From the human T2T-CHM13v2.0 reference genome, Homo sapiens: a stretch of DNA of 64,000 bases. The position numbers and the translations under genes are program-made. The stretch lies in NCBI RefSeq assembly GCF_009914755.1, contig NC_060925.1. The stretch is one strand, 5' to 3'. Shown piece after piece: positions 31,130-44,756 of this stretch; the first letter of the stretch is position 1, and each line of letters begins with the position of its first letter. The notes under the pieces were generated by a model. It was not told where the DNA came from. It searched no databases and saw only the letters and a program-made list of their open reading frames with translations.

Positions 31130-32180
31130 TAGCATAGAACAAAAAGTCTAGAAATAGGCCCATGCATTTATGAAACTTCAGTATATGACAGAGGCAATAA
31201 CTTAGACCAGTGGAATAAGAAGAGACTGTTCAATATGTAGAGATTTCAAAATTATAATCTTTATGGATTAGATGAAGAAAAGATAAAGCTGAATCCTTCA
31301 TTAAATTAAAAAGAATCAACTCTAGAGGGGTTAAGGTCATACATGTTAATAAAAATAAACTATTCTGTATCTTAGTGGAAAGCATAGGTGAGTATTTTTT
31401 GGACCATGGGCTAGAAAAATACTACTTAAGTCACAAAAAGCTATGGACCATAAAAGATTAATAGATTTTGATTATATAAAAATTAAGAACTTCTGGTCAT
31501 TAAATATACCTTAAGGAAAATAAAAGATAAACTTACAAACTGCAAAAATATATTCAAAACATATATATCCAGCAAAACATTAGTATCAGGAATATATAAA
31601 GAATGTTTACCAAAATTTTTAATAGAAAAAAAGGACAAAACATTACAAACAGGCATTTCAGAAAAAAGGAAATAAATATGCCCAATAAACATAAAGAACA
31701 AAAATTAAGGCTATAATAAGATATCCATGTAGCTGACAAAAATTAAAAGTCTGACAATATCAAGTGCTAGAGAGGATATGGAATCTACTGGGTCTCTTAA
31801 GACATTGCTAGTGTGAGTACAGATCGGTGCACAAACGGGAAAACAGTTTGGAGTTTGGTATTATCTCCTAAAGTTGAAAATTAATATCACTATGGCCCAG
31901 CAGTTTCATTCCTGAAATTATTTCTCATAGGTAAAAATAGGAGGCAGCATGTACAAGAACATTCATAGCAGCTGTTAACAATTGTAAACACCTAGGAACA
32001 ATCGAACTCTTCAACAACAGGAGATTCAGTAAATAAACAGTGGATACTCACCCCCTCTGGACTACTGTGCAGTATTAATACAGTAGTCAAAATGAATCAA
32101 ATATAACACACAAGATAGAACATCTTCATAATAAATGGTAAGGTAAAAAATGTACTAGAGACTATATATACCATGATACC
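31130..32180 (+). mobile_element. Old L1ME-like fragment
   Basis: A-rich L1M ORF2/3' motifs (aaaagtctgacaatatcaagtg, agaacattcatagcagc). Confidence 0.65.
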
Positions 32181-32184
32181 ACCC

Positions 32185-32475
32185 TTTTTTTTGAGGCAAG
32201 GTCTCGCTCTGTCACCCAGGCTGGAGTGCAGGGGCATGATCTCGGCTTACTGTAGCCTCAACCTCTTAGGATCAAGCTATCCTCCCATCTCAGCCTCCTG
32301 AGGAGGTGGGACAAGAGGCACACACCACCATGCCCGGCTAATTTTTATATTTTGTTGTAGAGACAGGGTTTCACCACATTGCCCAGGCTGGTCTTGAACT
32401 CCTGAGCTCAAGCGATCTGCCCACCATGGTCACCCAAAATGCTGAGATTACAGGCATGCGTCATCACCCCTGGCC
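32185..32475 (-). mobile_element. AluJ
   Basis: Full reverse dimer with J diagnostics; flanking CCATGATAC repeat (TSD). Confidence 0.9.
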
Positions 32476-32544
32476 ATGATACGCTTGTAATAGAAGTAAA
32501 AACAATTAAGTTTTAAAAACACATGGGGAATACACATAAACATT

Positions 32545-33262
32545 ATATATACACATATATATGAATATATATGTGTATATATATGAATATATATGTATAT
32601 ATGAATATATATACGAATATATATGAATATATATGTATATATGAATATATATACGAATATATATGAATATATATGTATATATGAATATATATACGAATAT
32701 ATATGAATATATATACGAATATATATGAATATATATACGAATATATATGAATATATATACGAATATATATGAACATATATATGAACATATATATGAACAT
32801 ATATATGAACATATGAATGAACATATATGAACATATATATGAACATATGAATGAACATATATATGAACATATGAATGAACATATATATGAACATATATAT
32901 GAACATATGAATGAACATATATATGAACATATGAACATATATATGAACATATAAATGAACATATGAATGAACATATATATGAACATATATATGAACATAT
33001 GAATGAACATATATATGAACATATGAATGAACATATATATGAACATATGAACATATATATGAACATATATATGAACATATGAACATATATATGTGAACAC
33101 ATATATATGAGCACATATGTGAACATATATATGAGCGCATATGTGAACATATATATGAACGCATATGTGAACATATATATGAACGCATATGTGAACATAT
33201 ATATGAACGCATATGTGAACATATATATGAACACATATATGAGTATATATATGAATATATAT
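32545..33262 (+). repeat. Compound AT-rich tandem repeat (ATATGAA(T/C)AT-based VNTR)
   Basis: Directly visible; explains the long low-complexity ORFs. Confidence 0.95.
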
Positions 33263-33410
33263 AAAGAAAAGAGCAAAAAGAGAGAAAGAGAAAGAAGGAA
33301 AAAGAAAAAAGAAAGAAAAAGAGAAAGAAAGAAAGAAAGAAAGAAAAGAATAAAAGAAAGAAAGAGAAAAAAGAGAGGGGAGGGGAGGGGAGAGGAGAGG
33401 AGAGGAGAGA
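33263..33410 (+). repeat. Polypurine (GAAA/GGAG) tract
   Basis: Directly visible. Confidence 0.9.
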
Positions 33411-35734
33411 TGAGATTAGTGAACACTGAGTTCAAGAATATAATAACTACCTGGGAAATGGGGAGCCAGGGGGATGGAAGGGAATCATTTGGTTATATAC
33501 GTTATTTCCAAGAACCTAGCTTTTGATTTGCGTGTTGGGTTCACAGGTGGTATAATAAACTTAAAAACACTAAATAATACTAAATAAAAGCAGGCCATGC
33601 ACAAACCAATCATGAAAGAGTATAATGAAATAAGGACTATGATTAATCTGGACCACTGAAATCCTAGAGGTCCTAAAAAATTTGTAAACCCCAAAAAACT
33701 GTTTTGTCTAATTCACATGTACTTGATACTTATGCAATGTAGGTATTTCCAACAAAATTCTTTTGTAAAAAAACAAAAAGAAAAAAAAATGAACACCAAA
33801 TACTAATATTCTGATCTCCATTCATCAAAGTGGATTTTTCACTTTTTGTTTTATCTAGCTCTATAATTATGGCAACTGCCTATACAAATGAAAGTGGAAG
33901 ATGAAAAGGGAAAAAGACTTTCAAACATAAAGACTAAAGACATTTCTCTCAACAGACATAAACATGAAGAATTGGAAGCAGATGAAAGAATGATTTCTCT
34001 TTAAAACAGCAATATTTAAAGAAATGATGTTTGTTATCTCTGATCAAGGCAAATTTAAACATTTGTTTAAAAATAAATTTAGTAAAAAGCTTTCAAGGTG
34101 ATATTTATAGAAGACTAGGAACTACAGCTTCTCACAGGGAACTGTGTGAGCAGCAGCATTCCTTCCTTTCCTGTTCCAGCTTCCTGCACTGTGATGGGGG
34201 CAGTAATACAAATCCTACTGTAGGTCAGGGTGTGTCCTAGGGGAAGGGGCAGGGGATGAGGAGGGAAAACACAATCTGTAATAAAGTAGTGTGTGAAAAA
34301 CCTCATGAAAAGGCTCATTACAGGTAACAAATGCTTCATTATAAAGAGGAATATCTTAAAACTTCACAACAATATTGAAATATGAGTATCAAGGCATTAA
34401 TTCATGCCTTTTAGTTTTTACAATTTTAATTTAAGCTATTAGTTTAACTCTTTATATTTTTTAGTGTAGAAAGCAGTGCTCATGACTAATGTGATATAAG
34501 AATCAACACTAACTGTAAATGATAAATTTAAATCATTTTTCTTCTCACTTTTCCTTTCTACTTTCTGTCAATATATTAGTAAGTAATAATAGGCCAAAAG
34601 TCATAATGCAGAAAGGAAAGAATAAAAAAGTAGCCAAGATAACCCATGTATTAGTCTCAAGGATAAATATGAGTTATATAAAAATAACTGAAATTGAAAA
34701 ATGTTATTGATACTGGCAATTTTAACGTTACCTTAAGTTCATCAGTTTTCACATTATATTATAAAATGATTATTCAACTTTAAAATGATAAAGGATTTGA
34801 GACCATGGAGTATTCATTCATTTCTTTTTAAATACACTTCAAGGGCAACTAACATGTATCATCCGCCTGCTCTATGCAAAACACTGTGCTAGGCACATTA
34901 CTTAGAGGAGATTCTTTTGACCACTACTCTGCATATATTTTCTTAATTTAGAGGGAATTTTAATAGCATGACAGTACCATATTCTAGCCCATACATGACT
35001 AAAAGCAGCACCTTCAGAATGGAGCCGGGGAGTTAGGGATGGGGAATGCTTCTGCTCCATTCCTAATGTTTTCTTCAATATGGAGATGGAAAAATCTGCA
35101 GGCATCATGGCACCCCATCAGGCACCTCTACCTAAGAAGCAATTTCCCAGATTGGTGAGACTGACATGGTCTGGGCAAACTAGGCACATTCTCCTTCCTG
35201 TCCAGAGCAAACCACTGGGAACACGCATTCCTCTTTGCTTCTCTTTGCTTTCAGTTTTCAAGGAGCCTCCGCAAGAAGGCAAGCTTTGGTCCTCGGAGAC
35301 CCACCCCTATAATTTGGAGGGCATGGAACAACAGACTGAGGGAACAGGAACCCAAATCCTTCAACTCTCCTCTGAGTCTTCACATAAGCTCCTTCCTCTG
35401 CCTGAAACAGTCTTCTCCTATCTCTTCATCTGATAAACTTCTATGTTTCACTTCAAATGCCACTTCTAAGGAAAACTTTACCTGCCACTGAACTATTGTT
35501 TGATATCTTAATGCCCAGTTCTTCCTTTATTAGCAAGCACCTTATTTTATTTTAATTTCCTGTTTAATTAATGGAGACTGTTATGCATATAAAGGGAGTA
35601 AACTGTGCCCATCTTGATAATAAAGTTACCAGGTCCCCAAGGCTTAAGACAAGGTCTATCATTTAGTAGGTTCCTGTCTTAGTAAGTCATTCCTTGCAAG
35701 AAAGTCACACCTATGTAGACAAGGTAAAAAATCA

Positions 35735-36160
35735 TTGAGAGAACTTACCATGTGCCAAGCACTGTTCTAAGCACTTTTACATATATTAACTCATTTAGTC
35801 CTCAAAACAAAAACATGAGGTAGATACTATTGGTCCACAGTCCCTTTCCAAAAATCTCAAGCTTAGATTCCATAATCATACATATTATTAATTCTGCAGG
35901 AAAAAAATGTAAATATTCAAACCAAGAGATAGACAAAATCAATACATAACTTCTTGTCAGGTCATTGTCACCAAATGAATTCAGGTAGGTTAGGTTTTGC
36001 TGCCTAGGGGTTATGAAAATTTTTTTGGTCGTGAAAACATTTTGGATCCCCATTTTATGGATGAGAAAACTCAGGCACAAAGCAGATAAGTAACTTGCCC
36101 AAGATTACCCAGCTCATTGTATCCAGACCTACGCTCTTAACTACATCCAGCACTGCCTCA
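35735..36160 (-). mobile_element. MIR interrupted by a ~200 bp insertion
   Basis: MIR halves at ~35735-35835 and ~36047-36160. Confidence 0.6.
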
Positions 36161-37873
36161 CAATTTAGATTTTCCAGATGCCAGCAGCAAAAGCCTAGAG
36201 AGAACCCCATTATCTCTTCTTAGATTCAGATTCATTTCTAGTCAAATGGTATTTGGGAGGAGAGTGGGATCACTGTGTAAAAACAAGGTTGCCTAGGCAC
36301 CCCCTCCTTTATGGCCACGGAGTAAGGAATAGTTTGTTTAGAAGGCTATACAGATGGGGAGACAATGACTGTACTTTTAGCCAAATACTCACTTAATAAT
36401 TTTAAGAAAGCACAGACCAGGCAGGCAAGAAATCAGACTGGAATGAGATAAATTAGTGCTAGTTCTACCTGTGATGCTTTTTTGGATTTCTGGTCCTTTG
36501 GGGATTGAAGAAATTGGATGGAAGATGAATAATTCGTGAAACACAAAAATAAATGATCAGCAAGGTGCCCTTGTGTTATCTGTGGGCTTACGTGAGGCTA
36601 ATTTATAGAATATAGGTATCCATTTCCTTACATTATGACTTTTAAAAGCATCCCAATCCAACATTAAGCTCTCCAAGGGAAAAAACAAATGGGAGATTCA
36701 GTCAATGACAACATTAATAAAATGAAAAGATTTGTCTTTTCCATGTGAAATATAGCACATTTGAAGGCATAAAGCACACAGACAAATTCATATTTTGCAA
36801 AAGCATACAGATGTTGAATGACAAACTGCTCCATATGGCCGAACAGTTGGTCCTAAATTAAAATAATGGCACGAGGTGAAGGCGGTTTAGAAATAACATT
36901 AAAATCACTACATGCTGTACTAATGATGCATGCAGCAGCGATGGCTATAGGGTAAAGGCATCTTTGCTGATGCAAAACGAACAGCTCTGAACAGCATCTA
37001 TGTCAGCCTGAATAAAACAGAGACGGAAAATAGTATCATCAAAATGCATGCAGAAGCAGCCACAGTAGGTATTAAAAATAAATTGCTATTTAGAGAAGTA
37101 ATACTTGATAAACAAGGACCTCTTAGCACCCTAAAATAAATGCAAATACAGTACAACCTTAATGTCATTAGTTATTTCTCTTCATCCTCCACTCTTAGTT
37201 TATGTTTAGGTATCACATCAGATAATAAGCTTTTCAGCAAATCTGGCATTCTTTGCAGCCCACCAACATGACTATATTTTCATACTTCATATATATTCCT
37301 CACAAACTATATAAAGCAACTGCATTCTTGGCAGAAAGCTAAATTATGCAAGTATGGAGTTACCACAACATGACATTAAATAAGATTAACTATTTCCATT
37401 TTCACCTGGTGAGGGTTCTTTTCAGGATTTAATTCCCATACCCTTGATCTTTACATTTTACATCCATTAAGGAAAATTTGAAGGCAAATAATTTTTTTTT
37501 AATTTCCAAGAACAGAAAAAAGGAAAGCATGTGAAAGACTCTGTGTGTATGTCATTCTAATCTTGGAGCTTTACAACAGGCTAATAACCACAAATGCCTC
37601 AATCCTGGAACAGGAAAAGTGGTATATATATTTCCATAATGGTCTCTAAATGGAATTAAGATACTTAAATAAGAGTCTTGTGCTTCCATACCTTGAATAG
37701 TGCCTGGGGCATGGTAGTCCCTCAATAAATATCTGTTGAATGCATGATTAAGTGAGCAAATAAATGAATGAGTAAACAACTCTCAAAATCCCTAACAGTG
37801 TCTAGCATATTATTTGTATAAAATTGGCAATCAATAAATGTTTGTTAAATTAAAATGTATCACGCACAGCCTT

Positions 37874-38328
37874 TGTGGCAGCCATGGAGATGTGCCACTT
37901 AAATTAACATGTTTCAAAGAATGCAGTTAGCTGATGGCTTCCCCACTGGGGATCCACTGCAATATTCAAACCATGCTTACACTCTCCCAAGATAGTTCCC
38001 AGCCAAGGATGAAGCATGGCTGGGATACGAGTGAAGAGCTATTTCTGCTCACTGTGATCCCTTCAACAGCCAGTCTTTGTTCTGGGCTCCCCATCAGCCT
38101 GACCACAACTTTCTCAGAGATCCACTAAAGTCTGAGGTTCTTCCTACCCAGTCCTCCTCCCTTGCATTCACTGGAGTCAGACCTGCATTGTAGCCCTAAG
38201 GCTCTTCCTGCCTACTTGCGCTCTCTCTCCCCATTATCTTCCTTGGGTGTTTTCCATTAAAAAAAAAAAAAAAAAAAACTTTCACTGTTAATTCCACCTT
38301 AGTGTCTGCCTCCCAGAAGATTAAGCTG
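37874..38328 (+). mobile_element. LTR16C-like solo LTR (ERVL)
   Basis: tgtggcagccatgga...ctccccatcagcctgacc...tcagacctgcat...gtctgcctcccagaaga; an A-run has expanded at the LTR poly(A) signal. Confidence 0.75.
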
Positions 38329-41039
38329 GTAAAGCTTTCAATGATTATTGACTGACATCACAGCCAAAAGAAGGATGGATCTGATTAACATGCATCTAAT
38401 GTAAATTAGTTAAGTCCTTAGCTTTCTAAACAGATACATTTTTGTAATATCTAATTCTGCACTCCACAGGTGACCTACATTTCCAGGTTTCTTTTAGTTT
38501 CTTGGATGCAGTTTCTAGCTTTATAAGACAATAGCACAAGTTTCTAACTGATAGCCAAATAAATGATCAATATGTTATAGGCCAACAGACAATTTTTATA
38601 CATCATTTTTATATATTCTATACAAAAGAATACCCCATATGAAGAATTCTTAGTAAAATAAAATACATCAGAGAAACAGTCTGACATGGGGAACCTTAGT
38701 ACAAAAGAAAAAATTTCAGCCTGCAACCCTTCTAAGGCTAGAGTACATTCCCTTATGATGTCTCACTTAAGCACAAGGACCCTTCAATACTTAATGTTGT
38801 AAACCTCAAAGAAGTTCTGAGAAGTCACCTGTCCAAGGTAAAGGCCATAGGCAATACTGAACTCAAGTCCATACTGTCTCATGAGATGTCTACTACAATG
38901 TCATGTAATGAAAAGAGGTCTAGTAACTCTTTCTATTACATGCTTTTGCCTCTCTAATTTCACCATATAAAGCATTTTTTCAACGCACTTTGACTCATTA
39001 TTATATTAGCTCTTATATTGTCAGGCAAAAAAAAATAATTCAGTCAGTCACTGTCTGATCACTTTACCTCTGATTTTATCAGAAATAAACTTCAGGTAGG
39101 GAAGAGGTGGAGAAAAAAATTATATATTAAATATATGTATATAAATAAATCAGCTAAACACATTTAAATTTGTTCCAATGATTACTTCCAAAATTACCTC
39201 TATATTTTTCTCTTATTCCTGTCTGGGGTAAATTTTAAGTATTTCACATAATTAATTCTAATGCTACTTACTAAGTAGAAAAAATTTTTTTTAAAAAATC
39301 CCAATGAGAATATGTTTACATTAGAGTTCAATACCTCTGTTGCTGGCTGGTTTGCACTGCTGGCTGGCTTGATGATTTGTATTCATGATGTGTATATTTG
39401 TTAGGCTTCTTTTTGTGAATATAGATAAAAGAACCTACAAATTTTGGCAGGGTTAACTTTATAAAAATGGAAAGTTTTATAAAACTTTATAGTAAAGTTT
39501 TAATATAAAGCTCCTTATATTAAAGTAGTTACTCATGGGTAAGGGGTCTTAAATTACCTGAATAAGGGGAAGAATGTCATCACAGAATGAATGCTGCTGA
39601 AAGCTGTCCTCTGCTTATTTTCCCAGATGTGCCTCACCTTTCACTATATATCTGAGAAATTTGAGACTGTTTTGGGAAGGCCTCTTAAAGAACAAAACTG
39701 TTGAAGGAAGAAAAGGAGCCCCAATAATCATGAGACTAGCAAGAAAAATTGCTACAAACAAGTTGCACCTGTTTAAATCCTGGGCTTCCACTTCTTTCAC
39801 AGCCTAGGAGTAGCATTCCTCAGCGACTTTCAGGGCTCCATAAAATTGGGCATCTTTGCAAGATAAACTTGCTGTAGTTAAGACCAGCCCTTTCTGTTCT
39901 TTTAAGAGCCAAAATTCAATATATGAATTTTTCTGCGAAAAAAATAGAATTGTCTATAGAATTGTCTATTAAATTGTCTATGTAGAAGAATGACAGTAAA
40001 CGTTTGGGTAGTGCAAACTGTGGGACTTTAACAAGCTTTTCCTGAAGACTGAATACATCGTTACACAAATACATCGCAAGCACAAAGGAAACACAATACT
40101 TTTGATTTATACCAAAGGAAGAAGCAGCGAAGCAGCAGCAAAGGAGCTCAAAAAAAAAGAGTAGCAGGGTATAAAAATTGTAATAAAGCTCCTCCCCTCA
40201 CATTAGTGCTTCCACTCCCTCCACATAACGGTGTATGATTAATACTTAAAGGTGGTTGTACATCTGAGAACTGGAAGAAGAGATTACATAAAAATAGTTC
40301 ACACCAAATATTCTTAGAATAAATCAGTATCAAAGAAGTAGATATACTGGTATATGTACTCATTAGTAAATTTATAAACAAGCATTTATTTTTCCTCTAA
40401 ATGTAGAAAGTCAACTGAGCATAATAACCCTAAAACATATGAAATTGTTTCTTCCAATTCACAAATATTATTAGTCACACATGTCATTTAATCATCCCAT
40501 CAATGTTTAACAGGCCTTCTCACATCACATGTAAAAAACAGAATAGCACTGTCTTATTATTGCTGTTCAAATAAACATCACTAACTAGTAAGGAAAGAAG
40601 ACTACAGAAAGAAGCAGCTAGCTTGCTACTGAGTCTAGAATTAAAAGAGTCTAGAATGGAATCAACTTAACAAAAATTGATAGAAAGCCTCCTGCAGTTA
40701 ACTACAAAATGAGACCCATCCTCTTGGCTTTTTAGAGGGATGGAAAAAATTATCCATAAATTTCTCAAGGGAGATCATAAGATAGCTGAATACAAAGTGC
40801 CATGAAGATTCAAGTAGAGAAAGATATCTGGTTGTAGGGGACTCCAGATGCTTTGTGAAGGAGATGGAGCTGGACCTTCAAAATATGTGGTGTGTGAGAT
40901 TGTAAAGAAGGGATTCTAGTCAGCAAGGACAGCCGAAGCAAGGTCCTGGGGTCAGGGAGAGACACTCTCTGCCTCTTTCCCTTATTCCTACCTCAACACA
41001 AAACAAACGCACAGCACCATTACTTCACAAGCCCTTTCC

Positions 41040-41850
41040 ATGGAGATGCCTTATCACTGTGATGAATGCTTATGTACAAAAATCTTTTACACGTTCAGGC
41101 AATTATTCTGTAGGATGGAATGCTGGAAGTGGTTTTGCTGACTCATAACATTATGAACATGTCATTTTAATAGATACTACAAATTACTTTTCTAAAGACT
41201 TGTACCAATGTACTATCTTTCTGTCTAATAGCATAGCAAAGGCCCTTTTACCCATACTATTTCCATCACTGGATATTATGTGTCTTACTAATTTTTGCTC
41301 ATATGATGTTTTTTACTTGTTTTTTCCTCTTCATTAGTAAGGTCAAGGATCTATTTACATGTTAAATGGCTATCTGAAATCCATAAGTTGTCTTTTCATG
41401 GTCTTTCTATATGCTTTGCCATTTTATTTGTCAACATTTATAGGCAAGTTTCTTTTGTTGATTGATTTGCAGAAGGTATTGGTTCACTAGTGTTACTTGT
41501 CATTTTATGTGCTACACTTATCTGTCTTCCTCAAACTCCTCCTCTATCCCCCACCCAATTGCCCTCTCAACTTCTGCCTTTTAAGATATCTTTTACCTTT
41601 CATAAGATTTTATGTAATCAAATCTGCTGATCTTTTCCTAAGATTATAAACTTATCCTTCTGTATTTTCTTTTAAATTTTTAATATTTTCTTTTTTACAT
41701 AGAAAGCTGCAATTATATGAAGTTTGTTTTTATATAGTGAGAATTAAGGCTCCAACTTAGTTTTCTTACAAATAGATAATTGCTTCAGTACCACTTAGTG
41801 GAAAAATCATCTTTTCTCTATTGGTTTGAAATACCACATTTATCCTGTAT
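41040..41850 (-). mobile_element. Old L1ME-like fragment
   Basis: ctggaagtggttttgctgactcata...ttttaatagatactacaaattac. Confidence 0.55.
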
Positions 41851-42399
41851 TATTAATATCGTACTCTCTACTTTTTTAAATTAGCAACTTACCTACACTT
41901 CTCTCTCTTCTAGATTACAAAAATTATATGGACTTAAGGAAATTCAGGGTTCCAATTCTAATAAAAATTCCATATTTCCATTAATCGAAGCCAAAGTCAG
42001 CGACTTGAAAACATATTCAGGGCTTCTCATGTGTTTTGCAATCTGCCTCTGTCACCAGCTTTACTACACCCTCCTCAACAGTGTACTCTACGTGGCACAT
42101 GGCAGGACACTAAGCAAATATTTGCTGAATGAGTTAATGTGCAACAGTGAGTTCAGCTTACTCAGATAAAAGTATATAATTTAAGAGTCATCATGTAATC
42201 AGCATCAAGTTTCAGCTTATTCATGACAATTCCTAGAAAGGGCAAGTGATAGTTTGTATTACTGAAGGAATTCGACAACTTCACTCCACTACTAAAATAG
42301 TCTATCTCCCAGAAAACAATGTTACAGTGCAGTTGATGGGCCCTTCATGGTGCTGGCCACTCCACTCTTCCACTCTCCAAGACAACCATTATGTACCTT

Positions 42400-44380
42400 A
42401 TACTCTCTCCCCAAATCTCCAGAAGCCCTCCCCACCAGAAGAAAACTTTCCCATCTTCCCACCACATTCCCATGCACCTGCCTTCCCCCCTGTTAGAATA
42501 AATGCTCTTGATTAGGAAAACCCTCCCCCTCTCACAGCTTACTTACTCAAGAACTTTTTAACACCTCTCTTTCCTGGGCCATTCCTCTCTTCTAAATCAT
42601 TCTCATCATCATACAAACTGAAAACATCTTCATCTTAAAAAAAAACAAAAACCTTCTTGTTGGCCCACATTTCTCTCCATCTACCACCACCACATTTCCC
42701 TTTCCCCTCTATAGCAAAATTCCTTGAAAAAGTGCCTGTAGTAACTGTGGTGTTTTGCTTTCCACTTTTCTTCTTCTTGTACATATTCCAAGTTTTACTC
42801 CCCACCACCCCTCTAAATTTATGATTGGGGTCATCGCTAACATCCACATTGCCAAAAATTACAGTCAGTTCTTAGTGCTCAGCTTACAACCTCTGTCAGC
42901 AATATGTGACACAATTGATTACTCTGTCCTTAAAATAATTTCTTTTCTTGGCTTCAAGGACACCCAGTTCTCATGGTTTTTTCACATTTTACTGGCTGCT
43001 CCTTCTCAGTCCCCTTTGATAGATTCTCCCCATCTCTCTGATTTCTACATGTAGGAGTGGCTCAGGCCTCAGTCCTTGAAACTCGAGGTAGTTTCATCTA
43101 GTTGACACCTTAAATATCTTAGAGACTCCTAAATTTTTGTTCACCATACACAATCTTAGCCCTAAACTCAAAACTCTTATACAACTACACACTCAACATT
43201 TTCACTTGGATGTCCAATCAATATATCAACATCAACATGGTCAAAATAAAAATAAAATGAAACAACAGAAACAGCAAAACCCTCCCCCTCTTTCTCCAGC
43301 ATCCATCCATTCAGTTACCACCCTAGCTAAGCACCCATTAGCTCTTGCCTCGGTTACCCTAAAAACCTTCTAGCTGGTCCCTATTTCTATTCTGCCAAAT
43401 TCCCACTCCCCCGGTTCTATTCTTCACAAGTAGTTCTCATGATTCTCTTAAATTCTAACAGGCTATGTAACTTCTTTACTCAAAATTTCCCGTGGTTCCT
43501 CATCAACTGAAATAAAACCCAGTATCTTTCCATAGCCTACAAAGTTGTGACCTAGGTCCTCCCTATCTGTCCAACCTTATCTCTTACCAAGACCCCATCA
43601 CTCACCATTTTCCAGCTAAAACAGACTATCCTATAAATATATAAATAAAATGGTGCCTTGCTCTGCTTCATATACCCATCAAACTAATTTCTACCTCAGC
43701 ATCTCTGTATTTGTTCTTCCCTCTGCCTGAAACATTGTCTCTGAAGATATCTGTATAGCATGATTCTCATTTAAGTCTCTGCTCAAATACTACCTTCCCT
43801 CTATTTTTTTATCTCAATTTATTTTTCTTCATAGTACTTAGTACAGTCATCCCTCTCCACCTGTGAGGACTGGCGTCAGGACCCCCACTCCCAGATAGCA
43901 AAATCCATGGATGCTCAAGTCCATGATATAAAATGGTGGAATATTTGCATATAACCTATGCACATCCACCTGTATATTTTAAATCATCTCTAGATTACTT
44001 ATAATTACTTATAATATCTAATACAATGTAAATTTTATGTAAATAGTTGTTACACTGTTGTATTGTTTAGGGATAATGACAAGGGAAAAAAAGTCTGTAT
44101 ATGTTCAGTACAGACACAGCCATCCTTTTTTTTCCAAACACGTTCAATCCCTGGTTGGTTGCATCCATGGATGCGAAACCCACAGACATAGAAGGCTGAC
44201 TGTACTACCTTACATTCTATTATGCATTTATTTATTATCAGACATCTTAACTAGAATGTAAGTTCTATGAAAGCATGGATTTTTAAAAATTCACTTTTGT
44301 ATCCTCAGAACCTAGAAGAGTGCCTGACACATAATAGATACTTAATAAGTGTTTGTTGAAGAAATGAGTAAACAAATGAG
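42400..44380 (+). mobile_element. L2 element (interrupted by MER2)
   Basis: CT-rich L2 body and tail (ctagaatgtaagttctatga...gtgcctgacacataatagatacttaataagtgtttgttgaa). Confidence 0.75.
43844..44202 (+). mobile_element. MER2 (TcMar-Tigger) full-length MITE
   Basis: CAGTC...GACTG termini, TA TSDs, matches the MER2 body. Confidence 0.88.
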
Positions 44381-44471
44381 CAAATATACAGTCTGTCTAT
44401 GAATTTGGCTTAATGATCCTAGCTTAATACATAATCCAAGAGGGAAAAAACTTGTTTTGAGCATTACTCAC

Positions 44472-44552
44472 TTTTCGTTGTTTTACAGAGTCCAATTTTA
44501 TGAGCCAATATGAAGCCACTTTGGTTTTATGATACTTCCAGTTATCAATGAT
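44472..44552 (-). CDS. TTLL7: TTLL7 exon 18 IIDNWKYHKTKVASYWLIKLDSVKQRK
   Basis: aaacag|ATCA acceptor, AAA|gtgagt donor, 81 nt, phase 0 to 0. Confidence 0.95.
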
Positions 44553-44756
44553 CTGTTTGGAAGGAGGAACATTAAGAAATTTACAGGTTGAAACCCATTT
44601 TTTAAATTAATTTGTGTAATGAAAGCACTATAATATACTTGCAACAAATAATGCCAACTTTCATAAAAACACATGTGCAAAGATTTCTAATACAAATTAA
44701 AGAAACCATCTACATCCAAAGCTTTCTATTCTAGTTGTATTAAGAATACAATCTCT

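Noticed and set aside
32545-33262. CRISPR-like or other prokaryotic-type array
   Set aside because: Primate DNA; the repeat has no unique spacers.
32448-33526. ORFs of 139-309 aa
   Set aside because: Translations of the tandem repeat.
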